From Candidatus Poseidoniaceae archaeon (GTDB lineage Archaea > Thermoplasmatota > Poseidoniia > Poseidoniales > Poseidoniaceae), in assembly GCA_943788295.1 (NCBI GenBank), contig CALSPS010000004.1, forward strand, positions 224,540 through 288,539: a DNA stretch of 64,000 bases, in the 5' to 3' direction. Positions within the stretch are counted from its first letter, which is position 1. Each line of letters opens with the position of its first letter. Below, piece after piece: positions 9,947-19,612 of the stretch. The translations under genes and the position numbers were made by a program. The notes under the pieces were generated by a model. The model searched no databases. It was not told where the DNA came from and saw nothing but the letters and a program-made list of their open reading frames with translations.

Positions 9947-10732
9947 TCAAGGGGCACCAAGAGACACGAGGCTCTGCATCAACTGGTCAGTAAATTTACG
10001 ATACAGGAGGGCCAGTTGTGAGCGGATTTCATGGTCTTCTAAGTCCTTCATGGCCATGAGAGAATCCTTGGTCATCGCCCCGCCTTTTTCGTGACCCAAC
10101 CATTCAGCCCAGGTGAGGCCCTTGCCAGCGTTCATGGTGACAGGCCGCCAAATTCGAGGGAATTTATGCGTTTGCGGTTCCATCATGGTGCGCGTACCAA
10201 CAAGTGCAATCGGCACAACCACGGCGTGAGGATAACTGGCTGCCAGTCGGGCAACACCCGTTTTACCAGGCAGTAAAAACGGTGCTTCTGTGCGTTTTGA
10301 GCGGGTGCCTTCAGGGAAAATACCGAGCGCTGCTCCACTTTCAAGGACATCGGCGGCATTGGTGAGCGCATCGTTACCGCCGTCGCCTCGCTTGGTTTCG
10401 ATTTGTCCGGTTGCCCGCATCACAATTGCAATGCCTGCGTTCTTGAAATGCCCGTCCTTCGCAAGGTAGCGTACAGATCGGCGAACGCTGGCGATCACCA
10501 TGATTGGGTCGACGTGCGAGAGGTGGTTTGCCGCCAAGATCACTGCTCCTTTGCGAGGAATGTGGTGAATCCCGTTGAGTTTCATGTTCACAATTGGCCT
10601 CAATATCGGTGAAATCAACCAGCGAATGATGCTGTAATTTGGCGTAGGTGCCAGCGGGGTATCGTTGATCGGAATTCGCCAATGGGCCTCAAGTGTGGAC
10701 CATGCATTGAGCACTTCTTCGTTATGGTCCAT
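9947..10732 (-). CDS. plsC: 1-acyl-sn-glycerol-3-phosphate acyltransferase-like (LPLAT/PlsC family).
   Basis: The HX4D acyltransferase motif NHLSHVDPIMV and the FPEGTRS motif are both present. Confidence 0.75.
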   Translation of the reverse strand: MDHNEEVLNAWSTLEAHWRIPINDTPLAPTPNYSIIRWLISPILRPIVNMKLNGIHHIPRKGAVILAANHLSHVDPIMVIASVRRSVRYLAKDGHFKNAGIAIVMRATGQIETKRGDGGNDALTNAADVLESGAALGIFPEGTRSKRTEAPFLLPGKTGVARLAASYPHAVVVPIALVGTRTMMEPQTHKFPRIWRPVTMNAGKGLTWAEWLGHEKGGAMTKDSLMAMKDLEDHEIRSQLALLYRKFTDQLMQSLVSLGAP

Positions 10733-10860
10733 GCTCCTTCCGCTGTTTGTTTAGATTTATCACTTGCCGAAAAAAAAACTCGGAAGTCCGTGTTCCACCG
10801 GCGAACGGATGGAGCGGTGGGCGTGCGAAGAATCAAAGCATTGGCCATCGGGCATGAAGC

Positions 10861-12120
10861 ATGAGCCCAAGCGCACGGTCCATGCACCGAACGCTCACCG
10901 TGATGGTGCTCGCTTGCTTGGTAAGCGTCACTTGGAGCCCTGTCGCCCTCGCAGATTCTGCTTGGGAGGAAGACGGGTGGCTAACCACGACGCTGGCCCA
11001 AGACCGTCTTGACCTCGGCGATGAGTTTGGCTGCTACGGAATCCCTGGCTTGTCATGGCAAGCCGACCCGGGAGCGGTTGCGCTCGAATGCCGTGATTAC
11101 ATCGAGTCAAGGGTCCATGCCAGCGCATGGGGCACAGAACCAATTTCCACCTACACTCCAAGCGGTCTCACGATGGCTCAACACACAACCGTGGCAGGTC
11201 AAGGCTTTGTGGTCCATGGCGATACCACCGGCTTGAGCGTCTCTGCTTGGCACGATGCGAACGATACACCGACGGACAAATGGGACTGGTACAACATGGG
11301 TCGAAGAGGCGGTTCTCTGGAGCAGTTGATTGGCTCAGTCGAGGAAGTTCAAGCTGCGGTCGAAGAAGGCGGACTTGTCAACCTCTATTGGGTCGGGCGA
11401 GTGAACGACGCGACCATTCGTCATGACCGTGACATCAGTGCCTACTTGGCTGATGTACCCGATGTGTGGTTGACCACTTGGGGCCAAGCTTGGTCCTATT
11501 GGACGGTGAGCAACTGTTACGAATTCACCCATGAAGTGAGGGCACAAGGCGAACAATCGGTTCTTTCCTTCGAATCGCTCATCACTCCTGAGTGCACCGC
11601 CATGAACAGCGAGGCTTGGAACGTACCAATCACGTGGGTCATCGACCTTGAAGGGGCTTCAGTGGACAGTGTCATCGGTGAGCAAGGCGCTCTAGAAAAC
11701 ATCACAGGAGTTCGGAAAAGTCAGGAAGGCTATTCGCAGCAAGGCGGGGAACTTCTCCTCCTCTCGGTCGTTAACGGGCACATGGTCAACATCACATACA
11801 ACGGTACAACAACTTACGATGTCATGGGTCGCAGTGAATTCTTCAACAACCATTCCGCTGCTGTCACCATTGCAGCCCATGAAACGCATGATCTGTTCAA
11901 GTGGTCAAAGCGCTTTGTCGACGATGAACATCTGGTGTTCACTTGGCTAGTCGAACCGCGTGAAGGGCTCGGAGAATCTGGATGGCTCGGTTATGTTGCG
12001 GCGAGCATTGCGTTGGCTACGGTGGTCGGCATGCTTGTTGTGCTCGAAAAGGAGGGCCTCGGTCCGCTCGCTGCTTGGAACCGCCGGAAGGGACAAGCAA
12101 CTGAACAAAAGCACCCTTGA
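10861..12120 (+). CDS. Secreted, C-terminally membrane-anchored hypothetical protein.
   Basis: N-terminal signal peptide (MVLACLVSVTWSPVALA) and C-terminal TM (GYVAASIALATVVGMLVVL). Confidence 0.5.
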   Translation: MSPSARSMHRTLTVMVLACLVSVTWSPVALADSAWEEDGWLTTTLAQDRLDLGDEFGCYGIPGLSWQADPGAVALECRDYIESRVHASAWGTEPISTYTPSGLTMAQHTTVAGQGFVVHGDTTGLSVSAWHDANDTPTDKWDWYNMGRRGGSLEQLIGSVEEVQAAVEEGGLVNLYWVGRVNDATIRHDRDISAYLADVPDVWLTTWGQAWSYWTVSNCYEFTHEVRAQGEQSVLSFESLITPECTAMNSEAWNVPITWVIDLEGASVDSVIGEQGALENITGVRKSQEGYSQQGGELLLLSVVNGHMVNITYNGTTTYDVMGRSEFFNNHSAAVTIAAHETHDLFKWSKRFVDDEHLVFTWLVEPREGLGESGWLGYVAASIALATVVGMLVVLEKEGLGPLAAWNRRKGQATEQKHP

Positions 12121-12185
12121 CCCTCCAAACAAAGCGAAGGCTTGATGCAAGGAAGGGCGGAGCAAAAGGCATCCGAGGTGGTTAC

Positions 12186-13571
12186 ATGGCAGATGATGAC
12201 GTAGTAATCGACCCTTGGGGTAGCGCTCAGTCCACGGATTATGACCGCATCATCTCTCAATTCGGCCTCTCCTCGATGGAGAGTGTGACGCTGGACAACC
12301 CCTCACGCCTTCACCGCCGTGGCATCGTCTTTGCCCACCGGGATCTCAACCAGGTTTTGGATGCTCAGCGCAGAGGTGACGGATTTGGTGTTCTCACGGG
12401 ACTCATGCCGAGTGGGCAAATGCACATGGGGCACTCGATGGTCATCGACCAGGTCAAGTGGTTCCAGCAACAAGGTGGGGATGTGACCATTGCGGTCGCC
12501 GACCTCGAAAGCCAAGCCACACGTGGTGTGTCGTTGGAAAAGGGCCGTGAAATAGCCCTTCAGCAATACATTGCCAACTATGCAGCATTGGGATTGGATG
12601 TTGAGAAAACGAACGTCTACTTTCAATCCTCAAGACCCATCGTTCAACGGCTTGGTTTCCAATTGGGCAAGCGAACAAACCTCAATGAATTTGAAGCCAT
12701 CTACGGCTTTGGCGGTGAAACAAACTTAGCGCATGTACAGGCTCCTATGGTCCAAGTCGGTGATATCTTACATCCACAGACGGATGAATATGGTGGCTTG
12801 AGACCGATCGTGGTTCCAGTCGGTGTGGATCAAGATCCCCATCTGAGGTTAACCCGTGGACTTGCTTCCAAAACCAACTGGTTCAACGTCAATGAAGGTA
12901 AGAATTCTGGCGTGACCATCACACTTTCAGTTCACGATGAGAACGCCTCTGTGCTCGGCCAGTTACCAAACGGTCGAATGGATAAGCAGAAGTTGAATGA
13001 GGTGTTTTCCGGCATTGTTCGATGCATGACTGAATTGGGCTATTCTGACATCCAATCCAACCCAAAACAGGGAACGGTGAATGTGGCGAGTGCGACCAAG
13101 CGAGATCAATCGATGATTCGCATGAAATTATTGGCATACGAACGCAGCCTTGGCGGCCTTGGTCTGCTCGCACCCTCCTCGACTTACCACCATTTTGCAG
13201 TCGGCATGACCGGCGAAAAAATGAGCAGCAGCAAGCCGAAAACCACCCTTTTCCTCAACGATGATTTAGCGAGCGTGGAAAAGAAAATCAAGCGTGCGTT
13301 TTCAGGTGGTCAATCCACCATCGAAGAACACCGGCGCTTAGGTGGCAACCCTGACATCGATGTTGCCTACCAGTACATGATGTACTTCTTTGAAGAAGAC
13401 GATGCCTACCTTGCAGAACTCAATTCAGGGTATCGGTCTGGTCAGATTCTTGCCGGTGAAATGAAGCAACTTTGCATTGATCGAGCCGTTGACTGGCTCG
13501 GTCAGTTGCACGAAATGCGGGATCAAACAGCCCACTTGGTTGAACAATTCCTTGCTGAAGATGCTCGATGA
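12186..13571 (+). CDS. trpS: Tryptophanyl-tRNA synthetase, archaeal/eukaryotic type.
   Basis: HIGH-like GQMHMGH and KMSKS-like KMSSSKP motifs with class I architecture. The start was set at MADDDVV (12186). Confidence 0.85.
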   Translation: MADDDVVIDPWGSAQSTDYDRIISQFGLSSMESVTLDNPSRLHRRGIVFAHRDLNQVLDAQRRGDGFGVLTGLMPSGQMHMGHSMVIDQVKWFQQQGGDVTIAVADLESQATRGVSLEKGREIALQQYIANYAALGLDVEKTNVYFQSSRPIVQRLGFQLGKRTNLNEFEAIYGFGGETNLAHVQAPMVQVGDILHPQTDEYGGLRPIVVPVGVDQDPHLRLTRGLASKTNWFNVNEGKNSGVTITLSVHDENASVLGQLPNGRMDKQKLNEVFSGIVRCMTELGYSDIQSNPKQGTVNVASATKRDQSMIRMKLLAYERSLGGLGLLAPSSTYHHFAVGMTGEKMSSSKPKTTLFLNDDLASVEKKIKRAFSGGQSTIEEHRRLGGNPDIDVAYQYMMYFFEEDDAYLAELNSGYRSGQILAGEMKQLCIDRAVDWLGQLHEMRDQTAHLVEQFLAEDAR

Positions 13572-14222
13572 TCAAACTTCATCGTCCTTGGAAAACACGG
13601 CTGGATCTGGTCCAACCGGCAAAGCCAACAACTCCTCTTCGGTCAAATCACGGTGGGTGGCATCATCGTGCATGATCATCGAATGCCCGTGGGGGTCGAG
13701 AAGTTCGAGCGTAAGCGGTAATGCTCCTTCTTTGCCGGCCATTTCGATGCGCTCAACCATTTCATTGAGGCGCCCAAGTGCTTCAAGCGCTTCGGCCTTT
13801 GCTGCCTCATCGCTCTGCTCGGATTCTGCCATTCCAAGAAGTTCGGATTCAATGTCACGGAGCACCATGAACACGATGTCTTTGAATCGGCTTAACACGC
13901 CTTCGACGTTGCTCACATAGCCAGTGGCGTTGCTTCCCGGTGCCACTTCAAGGTCCAACTCGTGAACTTTAACTGTGCATGAGGATGAACGAATCACCCT
14001 CGCCGACAGCGTTTCAAGTGAATCGATAGCCAAAGTCCAACCACCAGGTTTCTTCCCTTCTGCAGGAATGAAATCAGTCTGCCTCCATCCACACGAATGG
14101 CACATGACCGTGACTTGTGTGTGCTCGCCAAAGTATGGGATTTCTTCGACATGGGCGATCATGAACACTTTGCCTGGAACGCTGCAAATCGGGCAGGGTA
14201 TGTCGACTGGTTGTTCTTGCAT
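13572..14222 (-). CDS. ZPR1-type zinc-finger protein.
   Basis: CPICSVPGK...CHSCGW carries a CxxC...CxxC ZPR1 domain. Confidence 0.7.
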   Translation of the reverse strand: MQEQPVDIPCPICSVPGKVFMIAHVEEIPYFGEHTQVTVMCHSCGWRQTDFIPAEGKKPGGWTLAIDSLETLSARVIRSSSCTVKVHELDLEVAPGSNATGYVSNVEGVLSRFKDIVFMVLRDIESELLGMAESEQSDEAAKAEALEALGRLNEMVERIEMAGKEGALPLTLELLDPHGHSMIMHDDATHRDLTEEELLALPVGPDPAVFSKDDEV

Positions 14223-14857
14223 CAGCGTCCCACCTCAGTGAAATCACCGGGTTCAACTGCGAATGCCTCCATTTCAATGCCGTTCACGCCCCTGCAATTT
14301 GCTGGTAAGAGCATCAGCCGTGTGGATGTCATCTGGAGGATTTGACCGCCAAGGTCATCCCCGATAAAACCGTTGAGCTGGCTTAATGCAGCGTTGAATT
14401 CCACCGTGCGCTTCATCAGACGCTTCATCTCCACGATGACGGCATGGCCGTCTGCGACCCAGTTGAGGAGGGTTCCACACCCCGTGAGGTCGTTCAATAC
14501 GGCCCTGTGGAGGACAAGACCCCCGTCTTCACGGGCGATGGGTGGATGAGGGTACATCTTTCCAAGATCGTGATACATGGCGGTCGTTGTTGGTGATTGT
14601 GCTGGAGCTTTTTGGCTCATGCTTGGCATTTCGAAGGTCCTCAACGGTTGTGCATCTGCTGGCTCTTGGGTCGGTGGCGTTGGCGCACCTTGCCGGAGCC
14701 GTTCATCGGCCTCTGCTAAGACATCGAGGTCCGGCATGGAAGGCACAGCTGGTTCAGCGGCAGGCTTTGGCTCAGGGGCCGGGGGCTTGGGGCCTTGAGT
14801 GAACGCATCGAGTGAAGCCTGCGCTTCATCCCGTTCCCCCTTTTTCCGCCGGCGCAT
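14222..14857 (-). CDS. sepF: SepF-like cell-division protein (DUF552 C-terminal domain) with a Pro-rich N-terminal linker.
   Basis: The C-terminal HAVIVEMKRLMKRTVEFNAALSQLNGFIGDDLGGQILQMTSTRLMLLPANV resembles the SepF core. Confidence 0.55.
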   Translation of the reverse strand: MRRRKKGERDEAQASLDAFTQGPKPPAPEPKPAAEPAVPSMPDLDVLAEADERLRQGAPTPPTQEPADAQPLRTFEMPSMSQKAPAQSPTTTAMYHDLGKMYPHPPIAREDGGLVLHRAVLNDLTGCGTLLNWVADGHAVIVEMKRLMKRTVEFNAALSQLNGFIGDDLGGQILQMTSTRLMLLPANCRGVNGIEMEAFAVEPGDFTEVGR

Positions 14858-15029
14858 GAGTCAAGGTCAAGACCGTCACCTCAAGAAGACTCGCATTCGT
14901 TCGCTTCTAGGACTTGCGTTTGGAGGCAGTAGGGTTGCGTCGGGAAGGTTCGGCGGGTTGATAAGGGCCCGCCAATTTCACAAGTTTGCGCCTCAACCTT
15001 CAAGAGGTGTCGGCGTGGAGAAGGGATTG

Positions 15030-15656
15030 ATGATGATGGAGAACCAACCGACCGTAATGAAAACTGGAACAAGCACAATTGGCATCACCTTCAACGGCGG
15101 CGTCGTTGTAGGAGCGGACCACAGGGCTACCATGGGCCACTTCATCGCCAACAAGAGCGTTCAGAAGTTGTTCAAGATTGGTGACAACCTCGCTCTCACA
15201 ACCGCTGGTTTGGTCGGTCACGCTCAATCCTTGTCTCGCACCCTCGCAGCAGAGGTTGCTCTGTTCCAACTTCGCCGTCAACAGCAAATGACAGTGAAGG
15301 GAGCGGCAACACTGACTGCAAACATCCTTTCTGGACGCCCGCACTGGGTCCAACTCCTCATCGTCGGCGTCGATGATGAAGGCGGCCATGTTTATTCCAT
15401 CGACTCCGCTGGTGGATCCATTCCAGACTCTTACTGCGCCACAGGTTCAGGTTCACCTTACATGTATGGTGTGCTCGAAGATGGCTTCAGCGAAGGTATG
15501 ACACGGACCGATGCATTGAAACTTGCCGCCCGTGCCCTTCACGCATCGGGGCAGCGAGATGCCGCCTCCGGCAACGGCATGGATTTGGCTGTCATTACGG
15601 CCAAAGACGGATACGTTGCCATTGAACAAAGCGAAATCGAGAAGCTTCTCGCTTGA
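15030..15656 (+). CDS. psmB: Proteasome subunit beta, with a short propeptide before the catalytic Thr.
   Basis: MMMENQPTVMKTG|TSTIGITFNGGVVVGADHRAT. The start was trimmed to the ATG at 15030, in frame with the track ORF at 14799. Confidence 0.85.
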   Translation: MMMENQPTVMKTGTSTIGITFNGGVVVGADHRATMGHFIANKSVQKLFKIGDNLALTTAGLVGHAQSLSRTLAAEVALFQLRRQQQMTVKGAATLTANILSGRPHWVQLLIVGVDDEGGHVYSIDSAGGSIPDSYCATGSGSPYMYGVLEDGFSEGMTRTDALKLAARALHASGQRDAASGNGMDLAVITAKDGYVAIEQSEIEKLLA

Positions 15657-15742
15657 GACTTCGCTCTCCCATTCCCGCGGCTCAACGCTGCTCCCTCTCA
15701 CGAGGGCGAGTGCACATTGTTTTGTGCGAGTGCGGGTAAACG

Positions 15743-17656
15743 GTGAACAACATGCGCCTTACATTTAAAGAACTGAAAGACCAAATTGCAAAAATCGTCC
15801 CTAAGGACGTACCATACACGGTCGAACTGGAAGCTGGAAACATTGCGATCGTAACCCCTGTCCCTGCCAAATTTGGCGGCGGCGACGGCTTGATTGGAAA
15901 AATCGCTAAGCGAGTGAAGCGGAAGATTGTCCTTCGCCCTGACGAATCAATCATGAAGAGCGAAGAGGAAGCAACCAAACTCATTCGAGAGATTGTTCCA
16001 GAATCCGCTGAGATTTCAAACATATATTTCGACTCATGCTACCGGGAAATCATCATTCAATGTCAAAACCCCGGTGAGGCTGTTGGCCGCCGTGGAGCCA
16101 ACTTGAACGATATTCGAGACCAAACTGGATGGTTGGTGAAGGTGGAACGCATTTCACCAATCGTTTCCAAAACGGTTCACGACATTCGTGGCTACCGCCA
16201 AGTGAACGCCAAGGAACGAAGAAAACTCCTCAAGGACTTCGGACTCAACATTCACCGACCACAACGCCCAGGTTCCGCATGGGCTCGAGTCACAGCGCTT
16301 GGCTCCTACCGTGAAGTCGGCCGTGCCTGCCACTTCGTGACCACAAACGAATCGAGGGTTATGATCGACGTCGGCGTCAACATCGCTTCAGACACCGATC
16401 CAATGCCTTACTTCACTGCACCAGAAGCCTTACCGCTTGAGAAACTCGATGCAGTTGTCTTGACTCACGCTCACTTGGACCACGCAGGCATGCTTCCTGT
16501 CCTGTTCAAGTATGGTTACAGAGGGCCAGTGTACTGCACACCGCCAACCCGTGACTTGATGCTGCTTTTGCAAACTGACTACCTCAAAGTTGGCGGTTCC
16601 GAAGGCAAGCGAGCACCCTACGATATGGAAGACATCCGCACCTGCATGAAGCACGTCGTGGACGTGGATTGGGGCGACACCACAGACATCGCACCCGACA
16701 TCAAATTGACCTTCTCAAACGCAGGCCACATCCTCGGATCCTCTGCCGTTCATCTCCACATCGGAGATGGAAAGCACAACATCGTCTTCAGTGGCGATCA
16801 GAAGTATGAGAAATCCTGGCTCTTCGATGCAGCAAACACCCGTTTCCCTCGTGTGGAAACATTGGTGATTGAATCCACCTATGGTGCATCAGGCGATTAC
16901 CAACCTTCGAGGCAAGAAGCAAACCAAGAACTCCAGGACATCGTTTCCCGCACCATTTCGCGTGGTGGAAAACTGATCTGCCCTGTGTTTGCCGTTGGAC
17001 GAAGCCAAGAAGTGATGATTGCCATTGACGAGTTGTTCCGTTCTGGCCAAGTCAAGCCGGTTCCAGTGTGGCTCGACGGTATGATTCAGGAAGCGACAGC
17101 AATCCACGCATCACACCCCGATTACTTGACCAGCAGTTTGAGGAAATCCCTGCTCAAGGACGATGGCGAGAACCCATTCACAAGCGAGTGGTTCCGACCG
17201 GTCAAAGGACGTGAACTTCGTGAAAGCATCATCATGGACAACTCACCGTGCATTGTTCTGGCAACCTCTGGCATGCTGAACGGTGGACCTGTGATGGAAT
17301 ACTTCCGACACTGGGCTCACGAAGACCGAAACTCCCTGTGCTTTGTCGGTTACCAAGCTGAAGGAACCCTCGGACGCCGTCTTCAGAAAGGATTTGGCGA
17401 AGTACCAATGGTCATCGATGGAAAGACTGAGATCGTCAAAATCGGCTGTGAAATGGTCACGATTGATGGATTCTCAGGTCACTCAGACCGCCGCCAATTG
17501 TTAGATTTCGTCGACCAATTGTCGCCTAAGCCGAAGAACATCATTTGCCACCACGGTGATTATCACAAGTGCAACGAACTGGGCCACACGCTCCGTGAAC
17601 GGTACAAGTGTCGAACATACGCTCCAAAGAACCTCGAAACTGTTCGCCTGCTGTGA
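15743..17656 (+). CDS. aCPSF1 / FttA: archaeal KH-domain beta-CASP ribonuclease that acts as a transcription termination factor.
   Basis: N-terminal KH region, metallo-beta-lactamase HAHLDHAG motif, beta-CASP and the C-terminal HHGD motif. The 637-aa length is typical. Confidence 0.9.
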   Translation: MNNMRLTFKELKDQIAKIVPKDVPYTVELEAGNIAIVTPVPAKFGGGDGLIGKIAKRVKRKIVLRPDESIMKSEEEATKLIREIVPESAEISNIYFDSCYREIIIQCQNPGEAVGRRGANLNDIRDQTGWLVKVERISPIVSKTVHDIRGYRQVNAKERRKLLKDFGLNIHRPQRPGSAWARVTALGSYREVGRACHFVTTNESRVMIDVGVNIASDTDPMPYFTAPEALPLEKLDAVVLTHAHLDHAGMLPVLFKYGYRGPVYCTPPTRDLMLLLQTDYLKVGGSEGKRAPYDMEDIRTCMKHVVDVDWGDTTDIAPDIKLTFSNAGHILGSSAVHLHIGDGKHNIVFSGDQKYEKSWLFDAANTRFPRVETLVIESTYGASGDYQPSRQEANQELQDIVSRTISRGGKLICPVFAVGRSQEVMIAIDELFRSGQVKPVPVWLDGMIQEATAIHASHPDYLTSSLRKSLLKDDGENPFTSEWFRPVKGRELRESIIMDNSPCIVLATSGMLNGGPVMEYFRHWAHEDRNSLCFVGYQAEGTLGRRLQKGFGEVPMVIDGKTEIVKIGCEMVTIDGFSGHSDRRQLLDFVDQLSPKPKNIICHHGDYHKCNELGHTLRERYKCRTYAPKNLETVRLL

Positions 17657-17965
17657 TCAGAGCAACGGCACATCGATGCCAGAATCCAACGGGTCAGGTA
17701 GATCTTGTTCGGGCGTTGATTCAACAGCACTTTGGCTTGCAGAACCTCGTCCTATAGAATTTTGAACGGGGATGATTGTCGATGCGGATGAGGTCGTTTC
17801 CGCCTCCGTATCAAAGAGCAGCCAGATGAAGACTGCAAGGATCAAACTCAATGCGAGAACGATGAATCCGAAGGTGGTCCCACCGCCCAGAACGTTGCTG
17901 ATCACGGCAGCGAGAACAGCCAAGACGGCGGCGGTTGCTAAAACCGCCCTCGAATTCACCACCAT
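17657..17965 (-). CDS. Possible small two-TM membrane protein. The ORF track extends it to 18202, which would collide with the divergent start at 18018.
   Basis: Hydrophobic segments VLATAAVLAVLAAVISNVL and FGFIVLALSLILAVFIWLLF. Confidence 0.25.
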   Translation of the reverse strand: MVVNSRAVLATAAVLAVLAAVISNVLGGGTTFGFIVLALSLILAVFIWLLFDTEAETTSSASTIIPVQNSIGRGSASQSAVESTPEQDLPDPLDSGIDVPLL

Positions 17966-18017
17966 GGTCGTGGGATGACCATGGTGTTCATGAACCCGTT
18001 GCGTCTGTCTACGCATC

Positions 18018-18677
18018 ATGTACTCGAATGATGGCGCTCGTTCCACCAGCGTGGCCTGCCCCGGTTGGTTGATGACAGCCGTCGCACCTTGGGGAGAAAA
18101 CGCTGAGGATGCATACGACCAAGGTTTGGTCGAACTTGGTCTCGGCGATGCTCGCTTAATCGAGATGAAGGGCGCTATGTTGCCGCTTGGATTTGGGGCC
18201 ACAGCCCCTCAACCGCTTCCGATGGGCTCCCTTGTTGAATGCCATCTAGCCACCGCCTATGCCTGGAATGGTTCCACAGCCTGCGCCGGTGTGGCTTGGG
18301 CAGCCTGCACCACGCCTGAGGGCGATGACTGCGCTATTGTCGCAACCATTGCAACCGACTTGGATTACGAAGAGACCTCCCTCCTGCTGCGAAGAAACTT
18401 ACAACGCCGCTTGGCAAGTCGAGACCTCGAAGTCAAATCCTTCGATGTCGCGGTCGATGAAGTCACGGCGGCAAACGACCATCACGGTGTGGCCATGGCT
18501 GCATTGATCTTGCCCAACTCCTTGTCGCTTGGAGCCAAGACTGGCACAGGCAAGGTCAGAGGTGGCTTGACTCGAAAGGCTGCAGAAGTTCCAGAAAAGC
18601 GGGTTGATGTCAAGGCCCCAGCAGCTCCAGCCCTTCGGCCCGGTTCACGCAAACAGAACACTGACTTTTCTCTTTGA
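18018..18677 (+). CDS. Pyruvoyl-dependent arginine decarboxylase (PdaD) family homolog. It lacks the Ser-Ser self-processing site and carries a basic C-terminal extension.
   Basis: It aligns with PdaD from the MJ0316 sequence as recalled from memory: DAYDQGLVELGLGDARLIEMKGAMLP against [26 protein letters not shown]. The SS pair is replaced by KG. Confidence 0.55.
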   Translation: MYSNDGARSTSVACPGWLMTAVAPWGENAEDAYDQGLVELGLGDARLIEMKGAMLPLGFGATAPQPLPMGSLVECHLATAYAWNGSTACAGVAWAACTTPEGDDCAIVATIATDLDYEETSLLLRRNLQRRLASRDLEVKSFDVAVDEVTAANDHHGVAMAALILPNSLSLGAKTGTGKVRGGLTRKAAEVPEKRVDVKAPAAPALRPGSRKQNTDFSL

Positions 18678-18714
18678 AAGAAGTCTTGAAAGACCCTCGT
18701 CTTGAACGCCTACT

Positions 18715-19155
18715 ATGGCCAATGCAGGGTTCAATGTTATTCGTTGCCCTGCCTGCATGACATGCCACGGCCGCAGGGGCGTTTCTGCGTCTTGCCCTCA
18801 TTGTGGCCAACGCCTTGGTGAACATGGCATTGTGGTCAAAAGCGTCAACTCAGCAGAGGCACTTCGCATTGAAGTAGCGCTTGCCAACACGCCAGAGGAA
18901 CTGCGGGACACGCTCCGAAAACGAATGATGAGCAAGACCCCCCTCACAGATTTCCATGACGAGGTTCCTTCGAGGACAATGGGCAAATGGGTTCAGGATT
19001 CAAAGAACGATGAAGGGTTCATCACGGTTCATTCGGTTCAATTAATTCTGTACAAAAACCATTCAAATTTGGATGCGAACGAAGTTATTGAACAAGCTGA
19101 AGTCCAAGGAATGCTCGTTCGAGTGGACAAGGCACGGTGGATGCTTCTTGAGTGA
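18715..19155 (+). CDS. Hypothetical protein with an N-terminal Zn-ribbon (CPAC...CPHC).
   Basis: Two CxxC pairs in the first 35 aa. Confidence 0.45.
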   Translation: MANAGFNVIRCPACMTCHGRRGVSASCPHCGQRLGEHGIVVKSVNSAEALRIEVALANTPEELRDTLRKRMMSKTPLTDFHDEVPSRTMGKWVQDSKNDEGFITVHSVQLILYKNHSNLDANEVIEQAEVQGMLVRVDKARWMLLE

Positions 19156-19190
19156 ACTTCATAGGTAGGATGTCGTGGGACGGAATGCAA

Positions 19191-19268
19191 GGGCGATTGG
19201 GTTAGCTTGGCCTATACTCGGGCGTTTGGGACGCTTGGACCCAGGTTCAAATCCTGGATCGCCCACCA
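19191..19268 (+). tRNA. tRNA, probably tRNA-Pro (anticodon UGG), with CCA encoded.
   Basis: Acceptor stem GGGCGAT/ATCGCCC, T-arm CCAGG-TTCAAAT-CCTGG and anticodon-loop candidate TTTGGGA. The D-arm is atypical and 2-3 nt longer than standard, which leaves the anticodon call uncertain. Confidence 0.6.
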
Positions 19269-19282
19269 GCGATGGTGTCAAT

Positions 19283-19612
19283 TCACTCCGGTAGGATGAT
19301 TTCATGCACCCACAGTATGTGGAAGCCAAACTGCGTTTTGATGAAATTCTGAGGCACTGTTTCAGGCTCCATTGCCCACACGGCGTCTTCGAAATCCTGG
19401 ACCATTTGGCCTTCGACGAATTCTCCAAGGTCGCCTTTTTTACTGGCGCTTGAACAATTTGAATGCTTCTTTGCAAGTTTCTTGAACGTCTTGAGGGGCC
19501 GCTTCGCCGCTTGTATCTCATCCAGAATGCTTCTGGCATCGGGCTTGGCAGCGACCAGAATGTGACGCACATGCGCCTTTCTAGGCTTCCGTCGCTTGTC
19601 GTGCCTTCGCAT
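19283..19612 (-). CDS. Parvulin-type peptidyl-prolyl cis-trans isomerase.
   Basis: HILV...SKKGDLGEF..GQMV..FE..V......F.T.FGFHIL matches the PpiC signature. Confidence 0.7.
   Translation of the reverse strand: MRRHDKRRKPRKAHVRHILVAAKPDARSILDEIQAAKRPLKTFKKLAKKHSNCSSASKKGDLGEFVEGQMVQDFEDAVWAMEPETVPQNFIKTQFGFHILWVHEIILPE

Noticed and set aside
14799-15029. 77-aa N-terminal extension of the proteasome beta ORF.
   Set aside because: The propeptide plus catalytic Thr pattern starts at MMMENQ (15030). The extension is arginine-rich and would overlap the divergent SepF promoter.
17966-18202. Upstream part of the minus-strand ORF 17657..18202.
   Set aside because: Its two candidate ATGs overlap the start codon of the better-supported PdaD-like gene at 18018. 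Only the short membrane-protein portion was kept, at low confidence.
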